A stretch of 8,430 bases of DNA from a virus (lineage: Duplodnaviria > Heunggongvirae > Uroviricota > Caudoviricetes): IMG/VR virus record IMGVR_UViG_2778260991_000010, positions 1 through 8,430 of that record; one strand, written 5' to 3'. The first letter of the stretch is position 1. Each line of letters starts with the position of its first letter. The notes beneath the pieces are model-generated. The model did no database searches, was not told the DNA's origin, and saw only the letters and a program-made list of their open reading frames with translations. The position numbers were made by a program, and so were the translations under genes. Positions 1-4,537 of this stretch are shown here, one piece after another.

Positions 1-915
1 AAATCCGTTTTCACGTTCCCACTGCTCACGTGCTGCCCGAATTTCCTGAACTGCCCGTGATGCGGTGCCACCTGGCGCTGCTGCATGTCTCACCCCCTTG
101 CTGACTGGTTTAACCTGCGCCCTGACGTGATTTACGTGACGGGCGAATTTCTGCTCCCACTGAACCTGGCTAAACACTTTGCCATCATCACTCCAGTAAT
201 CCCGGAATGCGGCAAGTTCAGCAGGTGTAAATTCTGGTTCCGGCAAAGCCATCCCCCACAACGCAGCCCGTCGTCGAAAATCCTGTGACGGATGCCAGTC
301 ATCGGTCATCGGAAATTTTCCAATGGGCTCGCTCAGGCCATCCAGGAATACAGGGGGCGCAGCCTGTAACGACAAAACTTCCTGCTCACTGGTCGGAGCA
401 CTCTCGCGTGCGTTATGTGTGGGGTTTAGATCTTTGGGTTCCTTTGGGTTCCGTGATCCGTTTTTGGGTGTCTTTGATGGAAAATTTGGGTGTCTTTGGT
501 TATTTTCCATGCAGCAAAGAGTTCCGTTTTTGGGGCTGTTTTGTGCTGAAACATAACCGTTTTCGGTACTGTTTTTATTAACAGTACCAATTTCACCCAC
601 CTTTAAAGACTCCCGTTTTTGGGTGTATTCAGGCTCGGCAACACTTTCTTCTACACCGATAAGTCGGTACACCACAATTTGCTTTGTTCTGCCTTTTCTC
701 TCACCGGTATCAACAATTAACCCAATCTCCATCAGGTGTCGTAAGCTGTCCTGCACAGTCTTTTTGTTCAGTTCCGTTACTTCTGCCAGTGCAGATACAG
801 ACGGGTATGCACACAAATCGGCACCGCACATATCAGCAAGCCAGGTCAATACTGACTTACTGGATGAACTGCCGGTTTTCACCTTTTTAGCCCATCGTAG
901 TGCATCGATACTCAT
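1..915 (-). CDS. Phage replication initiation protein, 5' part only (N-terminal winged-helix-like domain, iteron-encoded linker, DnaT-like C-terminal region); C-terminus lies beyond the window start
   Basis: Minus-strand frame is open for all 305 codons from the ATG at 913-915 to the window edge; with no stop in the window it is absent from the ORF track. Hand translation begins MSIDALRWAKKVKTGSSSSKSVLTWLADMCGADLCAYPSVSALAEV...GRTKQIVVYRLIG, then a low-complexity linker, then ...FRDYWSDDGKVFSQVQWEQKFARHVNHVRAQ. Start codon is uncertain because the frame stays open upstream of 915. Plus-strand ORFs listed here (85..288, 285..581, 623..1087) look like antisense shadows. Confidence 0.6.
   Translation of the reverse strand, partial: MSIDALRWAKKVKTGSSSSKSVLTWLADMCGADLCAYPSVSALAEVTELNKKTVQDSLRHLMEIGLIVDTGERKGRTKQIVVYRLIGVEESVAEPEYTQKRESLKVGEIGTVNKNSTENGYVSAQNSPKNGTLCCMENNQRHPNFPSKTPKNGSRNPKEPKDLNPTHNARESAPTSEQEVLSLQAAPPVFLDGLSEPIGKFPMTDDWHPSQDFRRRAALWGMALPEPEFTPAELAAFRDYWSDDGKVFSQVQWEQKFARHVNHVRAQVKPVSKGVRHAAAPGGTASRAVQEIRAAREQWERENGF
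431..630. repeat. Iteron array plus AT-rich inverted repeat; putative replication origin inside the replication gene
   Basis: Tandem TTTGGGTTCC at 433-442 and 443-452. CCGTTTTTGGGTGT at 458-471 and 613-626, with variants at 524-537 (CCGTTTTTGGGGCT) and 557-570 (CCGTTTTCGGTACT), and TTTGGGTGTCTTTG at 463-476 and 485-498. Perfect 9-bp inverted repeat GGTACTGTT (565-573) / AACAGTACC (580-588) around the spacer TTTATT. Same layout as the lambda origin inside gene O. Confidence 0.55.
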
Positions 916-1438
916 ACGAACCCCTGGCAGACATTTGTTTATCTGCAAAGTAATATTGGTATTGCTGACGATACGCGTGCTTGAAAGCAATAGCTTTTTC
1001 TATAAGCTCGTCAGTCTCACGTTCCACAACAGCTGGATCCGCAAAAAGCAGCCCGGACTCCACCACATCGCCATATTCTTTGTTTAACCCGGCGATCATG
1101 TACGTAATGCTTTTTCCGTCAGTAATTTCACAATACAACCTGAAATCGCTGATCCGGATAGCCTCCATAATTGCCGGAATCAGCGCCGTGAATTTTTCCC
1201 GCTTATCCCTGGTGTCGATAGCTTTCCAGCGTTCGAATATCTTCACCCGGTTAACGCCCAGCACCCGTTGATCAACCGCTCCATCATCAAACGTGACGCG
1301 TTGAACATCGATGTTCGGGCGTTCTTTCAGTGCCCAGAATGCTTCCGTGATTAATATCGTCGCCTGCTCCTGTGTCATTCCTGGTCGGCATACCCAGGTA
1401 TCCAGAGCCTCACAAACCTGTTCAGGGGTGATTTTCAT
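887..1438 (-). CDS. YdaT-like prophage protein (183 aa), downstream of the cro-like gene
   Basis: ORF-track entry with ATG at 1436-1438. Its start overlaps the last codons of the upstream cro-like gene by 17 nt, and its stop (887-889) overlaps the replication gene start. The segment KIFERWKAIDTRDKREKFTALIPAIMEAI resembles what I recall of Rac YdaT, and the position matches the ydaS-ydaT-replication layout. Family assignment is from memory, not a search. Confidence 0.5.
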   Translation of the reverse strand: MKITPEQVCEALDTWVCRPGMTQEQATILITEAFWALKERPNIDVQRVTFDDGAVDQRVLGVNRVKIFERWKAIDTRDKREKFTALIPAIMEAIRISDFRLYCEITDGKSITYMIAGLNKEYGDVVESGLLFADPAVVERETDELIEKAIAFKHAYRQQYQYYFADKQMSARGSYEYRCTTMG

Positions 1439-1649
1439 TGTTCAACCGCCCCGCCCGCTTTGCCTTACGATATTCGTCATAAACTTTGGGGTCGTACTGA
1501 AGTTCCCCGCCGGATGCCTCTTGCAGGCGCATCGCGCGACCTTCAGGAACCAGTTCCCCCCATTGAGAAACAGCAGATGGATCAACACCAGCAGCTTTCG
1601 CTACTTTGGCTTTCGTCCCATAAAAATTAATTGCGTCTGATTTAAACAT
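1422..1649 (-). CDS. dicC: Cro-like helix-turn-helix regulator, DicC/YdaS family
   Basis: The ORF-track entry 1422..1661 begins at a TTG. The likely true start is the ATG at 1647-1649 (MFKSDAINFYGTKAKVAKAAGV...), directly preceded on the minus strand by GGAGGGGG. About 75 aa, divergent from the repressor gene; the C-terminal half matches my recollection of DicC. Confidence 0.75.
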   Translation of the reverse strand: MFKSDAINFYGTKAKVAKAAGVDPSAVSQWGELVPEGRAMRLQEASGGELQYDPKVYDEYRKAKRAGRLNNENHP

Positions 1650-1663
1650 CACCCCCTCCAAAG

Positions 1664-1677
1664 TTGAGTTTTCTCAA
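1664..1677. promoter_or_regulatory. Operator-like palindrome TTGAGTTTTCTCAA in the divergent dicC/dicA control region
   Basis: TGAG-N4-CTCA inverted repeat between the start codons of the divergent regulators (1649 and 1728). The same 13-mer recurs at 2197-2209. Confidence 0.45.
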
Positions 1678-1727
1678 TAGTAATCACTCAAGGAATCTCA
1701 AGTCAAGGGTTATTAAGATATCTAAAT

Positions 1728-2135
1728 ATGAACGATAAAACTTTAGGTCAACGAATTAGAGAAAGACGCAAACAGGTTGGTTTAAGTCAAAACGATTTAA
1801 GCAAAGCCGCTGGCGTATCTGGCTCATCAATTTCACTATGGGAAAGCGACCATACAGCCCCGCGCGGGCAAAATTTGCATCGCCTGGCTGAGGTATTGCA
1901 ATGTTCACCAACTTGGATACTGTTTGGTGACGAGGATAAAACACCAGATCCACCAGTTGCACTCAACAGCGCCTTAGACTTATCGGAAGATGAGTTGGAG
2001 ATGTTGCGATTGTATCGCGCACTTCCAAAATCAGAGCAGCAAGCACAAATCAGCGAACTCCGTGCCCGCGTTGAGAATTTTAATCGCCTATTCACCGAGC
2101 TACTAGAAGCTCGCAAACGTAACAAACATCAGTAA
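1728..2135 (+). CDS. dicA: XRE-family helix-turn-helix immunity repressor, DicA-like
   Basis: 135-aa ORF. N-terminal HTH (QRIRERRKQVGLSQNDLSKAAGVSGSSISLWE) and the motif LQCSPTWILFGDEDK followed by a C-terminal helix, matching what I recall of E. coli DicA (also 135 aa). Divergent from the cro-like gene. Confidence 0.85.
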   Translation: MNDKTLGQRIRERRKQVGLSQNDLSKAAGVSGSSISLWESDHTAPRGQNLHRLAEVLQCSPTWILFGDEDKTPDPPVALNSALDLSEDELEMLRLYRALPKSEQQAQISELRARVENFNRLFTELLEARKRNKHQ

Positions 2136-2196
2136 CCCCCTTCACAAATTTTAAAGCCTTACATTTCAATGTATTGGCTTTATTTTGCATTAAATA

Positions 2197-2248
2197 TTGA
2201 GTTTTCTCATTAAAAACACTTGACCAGCTTTCATGAGAAAACTAAATT
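2197..2248 (+). promoter_or_regulatory. Putative dicB-operon promoter (TTGACC-N17-TAAATT) flanked and overlapped by two operator copies
   Basis: -35 TTGACC at 2220-2225, 17-bp spacer, -10 TAAATT at 2243-2248. Operator copy TTGAGTTTTCTCA at 2197-2209, and an inverted degenerate copy TGAGAAAACTA at 2234-2244 overlapping the spacer and -10. Consistent with repressor control of the dicB operon. Confidence 0.45.
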
Positions 2249-2324
2249 ACCACCCATCAAGACACCGCACGGTGTTCTCAGCAAACAGTTCCGCTACCCG
2301 GCGTTAAGGGGAAATGAGGTCAAC

Positions 2325-2480
2325 ATGGATACTATCGATCTTGGTAACAACGAATCTCTGGTATACGGCGTGTTTCCCAACCAGGACGGCACGTTCACCG
2401 CGATGACGTATACCAAAAGCAAAACGTTTAAAACCGAATCTGGCGCGCGTCGCTGGCTGGAAAGAAACTCAGGTGAGTGA
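2325..2480 (+). CDS. ydfA: YdfA-like small protein (51 aa)
   Basis: Internal ATG at 2325 preceded by GAGGT (2316-2320). Product MDTIDLGNNESLVYGVFPNQDGTFTAMTYTKSKTFKTESGARRWLERNSGE. First gene after the repressor, as in the Qin dicB operon. The longer ORF-track entry from 2220 starts at a TTG inside the promoter region. Confidence 0.6.
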   Translation: MDTIDLGNNESLVYGVFPNQDGTFTAMTYTKSKTFKTESGARRWLERNSGE

Positions 2481-2481
2481 T

Positions 2482-2610
2482 ATGGATTTCGACACAATCA
2501 TGGAAAAGGCTTACTAAGAATACTTCGAAGGCCTTGCCGAAGGCGAAGAAGCTCTCAGCTTCAGCGAATTTAAACAGGCGCTTTCCAGTTCGGCAAAATC
2601 TAACGACTGA
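2482..2610 (+). pseudogene. ydfB: ydfB-like ORF (42 codons) interrupted by an in-frame TAA at codon 12 (2515-2517)
   Basis: ATG at 2482, two nt after the ydfA stop. Reads MDFDTIMEKAY, then TAA, then the same frame continues EYFEGLAEGEEALSFSEFKQALSSSAKSND to TGA at 2608-2610. Total length and spacing to neighbours fit the 42-codon ydfB position. Confidence 0.45.
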
Positions 2611-2639
2611 TAAGCGAAACAGCACCGCGAGGAATCAGT

Positions 2640-2858
2640 ATGCAGAAACGAGAACCCGTCATCATCGCGCCAGACTATACCGATGATGAACTTTATGAGT
2701 GGATGCGCCAGAAAATTAATGCAGCGCAGGATCTGAAATGGGTCAATGAAGCCAGGGCTAAGCAGGCTGAAAATCTGTCCGCTCTGGAGCAGGATATCAC
2801 CAATCTGGAAAAAGCAGCGGCATTAAGCATTGCCAGAATGATTACATACCCGCGTTAA
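2640..2858 (+). CDS. ydfC: YdfC-like small protein (72 aa)
   Basis: 72-aa ORF with AGGA 7 nt upstream of the ATG. Size and position (third ORF of the operon, 30 nt after ydfB) match ydfC. Confidence 0.6.
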   Translation: MQKREPVIIAPDYTDDELYEWMRQKINAAQDLKWVNEARAKQAENLSALEQDITNLEKAAALSIARMITYPR

Positions 2859-2880
2859 TAGCTAACCAACTAGGCTAATA

Positions 2881-3288
2881 ATGGAATTTAAAGATTTACC
2901 AAAAGAAATCCAGACAATTGCTGCAACGACTCTCGGTGATAGTCTGGTGAAAATTGACCCGGCATACACCAAAAAAGAAACCATCGATAATATGGTTCGT
3001 AATGTGCGCAATGCTTTTTCTGGGCTATATAGTTCTGATAATCAAAAGCAGGAAAGCGATGTTAATGAACGGGTAATTTCTGTTTGCGTGAATGGCCACG
3101 CTCTTTCATCAATCAAAACAGAAACAGCGACAGTCTTCGATTGCCTTTGCATTGTACAGAGCCTTGTTGATACCCTGTTTCGTTCAGTGAATTTAGAAAA
3201 TGATGCAAATCTGCGAGGGCGCACAATAGCACATCCATATGCACATACTTTAGGCTCTGTGGATATCAAAGATCCCACAAATCTTTAA
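2881..3288 (+). CDS. Hypothetical protein (135 aa) in the AT-rich insert, co-oriented with the dicB operon
   Basis: ATG-to-TAA ORF of 135 codons in DNA of about 38-40% GC, where stop codons are frequent and long ORFs are unlikely by chance. Protein-like composition. Only a weak ribosome-binding site (AGG). Starts 22 nt after the ydfC stop. No family recognised. Confidence 0.5.
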   Translation: MEFKDLPKEIQTIAATTLGDSLVKIDPAYTKKETIDNMVRNVRNAFSGLYSSDNQKQESDVNERVISVCVNGHALSSIKTETATVFDCLCIVQSLVDTLFRSVNLENDANLRGRTIAHPYAHTLGSVDIKDPTNL

Positions 3289-3499
3289 TGAAATAGTTAA
3301 TGCGAATTGTACTTGCTCTTTCAGTTTCTTTCAGAATACGCGTTGAAACTGCTGGCGGTAATTTGGTATTCCATTTATTAAAATCATGCCCGGGAAAGTA
3401 CTCTTCGAAAATACTTTTAACTGCAGACTCGCCTATTGAAATGCTGCTTACCATGCGATTTTGATAAAGGCATTTAGCAATAAGAGTTGATTTTAACAT
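3266..3499 (-). CDS. Hypothetical protein (77 aa) in the AT-rich insert, antisense to the dicB operon
   Basis: ATG at 3497-3499 (minus) preceded by AGGAGG with a 4-nt spacer (reverse complement of 3501-3510). 77 codons, stop at 3266-3268. The 3' end overlaps the 3' end of the 135-aa ORF by 23 bp. No family recognised. Confidence 0.5.
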   Translation of the reverse strand: MLKSTLIAKCLYQNRMVSSISIGESAVKSIFEEYFPGHDFNKWNTKLPPAVSTRILKETERASTIRINYFIKDLWDL

Positions 3500-3503
3500 T
3501 CAC

Positions 3504-3829
3504 CCTCCTGAGGGTTGGTAATTAAGGAGTTATCCACGGGTGAGGTGGAGTGCGTGCGCCGGACACGGGTGAACATCCGGCACTGACAGTTTACTGAAAG
3601 GATATATCCCTGAAAAGTCAGGGCATAACACGAAAGTGCACGGCGAAGTCCTTCTCCCTTAGAGCCGTCGTTAAATTTAATTCGACCGTGCGCTTCCGGT
3701 TGTGGCAATCCGCGAAATGGCGCGGCGGTAAGTATGGCGGGGTTATTCTTTCCCCGTTGAGGACACCGGGTTGTCAGGTTGACCATACGCTTAAGTGACA
3801 ACCCCGCTGCAACGCCCTCTGTTATCAAT
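3504..3829 (+). other. GC-rich, hairpin-dense untranslated spacer upstream of DicF
   Basis: About 55-58% GC with no credible ORF. Stem-loops: GCCGGA/TCCGGC (3558-3581), CCCTGA-AAAG-TCAGGG (3608-3623), CCGCG/CGCGG (around 3700-3716), CGGGG/CCCCG (around 3738-3756), and a 9-bp stem GGGTTGTCA/TGACAACCC (3768-3776 / 3796-3804). Direct repeat CACGGGTGA at 3536-3544 and 3564-3572. Confidence 0.4.
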
Positions 3830-3882
3830 ATTCTGGTGACATTTGGCGGTATCAGTTTTACTCCGTGACTGCTCTGCCGCCC
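3830..3882 (+). ncRNA. dicF: DicF small regulatory RNA (about 53 nt)
   Basis: Sequence AUUCUGGUGACAUUUGGCGGUAUCAGUUUUACUCCGUGACUGCUCUGCCGCCC closely matches the DicF sequence as I recall it (two possible differences near the 5' end). It sits 186 nt upstream of the dicB start and ends in a stem plus T-run. Confidence 0.7.
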
Positions 3883-3888
3883 TTTTTT
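3845..3888 (+). terminator. Intrinsic terminator forming the DicF 3' end
   Basis: GGCGG (3845-3849) pairs with CCGCC (3877-3881), followed by TTTTTT at 3883-3888. Confidence 0.5.
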
Positions 3889-4067
3889 AAAAGTGAATTT
3901 TGTGATGCGGTGAATGCGGCTCAGCGCACGCGGAACAGTTAAATCGGTAAAGCGGTCATTTGCTGAGTAACGGGAATGCTCTGTATCCGGCGTTAATTGT
4001 TAACTGGTTAACGTCACCTGGAGGCACCAGGCACTGCATCACAAAATTCATTGTTGAGGACGCGATA

Positions 4068-4256
4068 ATGGAAAAGTTATCATACAATGCCAGTACGTCT
4101 GAACTTCGTTTCGAAATTGGCGTTATCACTGGAGACAAAACATTTATTGAAGACGCCATTAAGCAGAGAAAACTCGAGCAGGACCTGTTAAATGAAGTAT
4201 GCATTCCTTCAATGCTGGCTCGTCTGGACCTGCTGCAAAAAGGATATAAACAATGA
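4068..4256 (+). CDS. dicB: DicB-like cell-division inhibitor (62 aa)
   Basis: ATG at 4068 preceded by GAGGA. The 62-aa product contains FEIGV, EDAI and SMLARL motifs as in DicB as I recall it. Stop overlaps the ydfD start (ATGA). Confidence 0.75.
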   Translation: MEKLSYNASTSELRFEIGVITGDKTFIEDAIKQRKLEQDLLNEVCIPSMLARLDLLQKGYKQ

Positions 4257-4444
4257 AAACAACATTTGCACTCGTTCTGACAGTTTATCTTGTTTCCGGC
4301 GAATCTCTTGAGATGGTGACTGGCTTATACGGTTCAATGAAAGAATGCATGGCTGCAGCAGCAGAACAAAAAATTCCCGGTAACTGTTATCCGGTAGATA
4401 AAGCTACTCACACTAATAATAACGAAATACCGGCGGGACTTTAA
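4253..4444 (+). CDS. ydfD: YdfD-like small protein (63 aa) with hydrophobic N-terminal segment
   Basis: 63-aa ORF translationally coupled to dicB. N-terminus TTFALVLTVYLV is hydrophobic. Size and position match ydfD. Confidence 0.6.
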   Translation: MKTTFALVLTVYLVSGESLEMVTGLYGSMKECMAAAAEQKIPGNCYPVDKATHTNNNEIPAGL

Positions 4445-4537
4445 AACAGCACCGAAATAAACATCCGGTTTCATTTTTATATGCCAGCAATGGCAGGGAT
4501 TTGTTCACCCTTAAATCTGTAATGAGGTTAAAACAAA

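Noticed and set aside
431-630. Possible CRISPR array suggested by the repeated GT-rich motifs
   Set aside because: Repeats are short (10-19 bp), degenerate and irregularly spaced, lie inside a coding gene, and there are no cas genes. Iterons explain them better.
85-1087. Plus-strand ORFs 85..288, 285..581, 323..556, 623..1087, 684..890
   Set aside because: They tile the region occupied by a 305-codon uninterrupted minus-strand frame that yields a coherent replication-protein sequence. The plus-strand products are Cys/Phe/Trp-rich, as expected from reading iteron DNA.
1756-2125. Minus-strand ORFs 1756..1962 and 1787..2125 antisense to the repressor gene
   Set aside because: Inside the clearly supported dicA-like gene; no ribosome-binding sites; shadow-ORF composition.
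2220-2324. N-terminal extension of the ydfA ORF (86-aa version starting at 2220)
   Set aside because: Starts at a TTG inside the predicted promoter and operator. The internal ATG at 2325 has a proper ribosome-binding site and gives the expected 51-aa product.
2477-2686. 69-aa ORF starting at GTG and spanning the ydfB/ydfC junction
   Set aside because: Highly basic, low-complexity product out of frame with both the ydfB-like and ydfC-like frames, which have better starts and ribosome-binding sites.
3531-3539. DnaA-box-like 9-mer TTATCCACG
   Set aside because: Single near-consensus copy with no cluster or AT-rich unwinding element nearby; at this frequency it is probably chance.
3493-3828. 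111-aa minus-strand ORF covering the GC-rich spacer
   Set aside because: Begins at a TTG, not an ATG. The product is Arg/Gly-rich and low-complexity, as expected from reading GC-rich hairpin DNA in frame. No ribosome-binding site. It would run into the 77-aa ORF's start region.
3956-4204. 82-aa minus-strand ORF antisense to dicB
   Set aside because: Fully inside the well-supported dicB gene and its leader on the opposite strand; no ribosome-binding site; composition typical of a shadow ORF.
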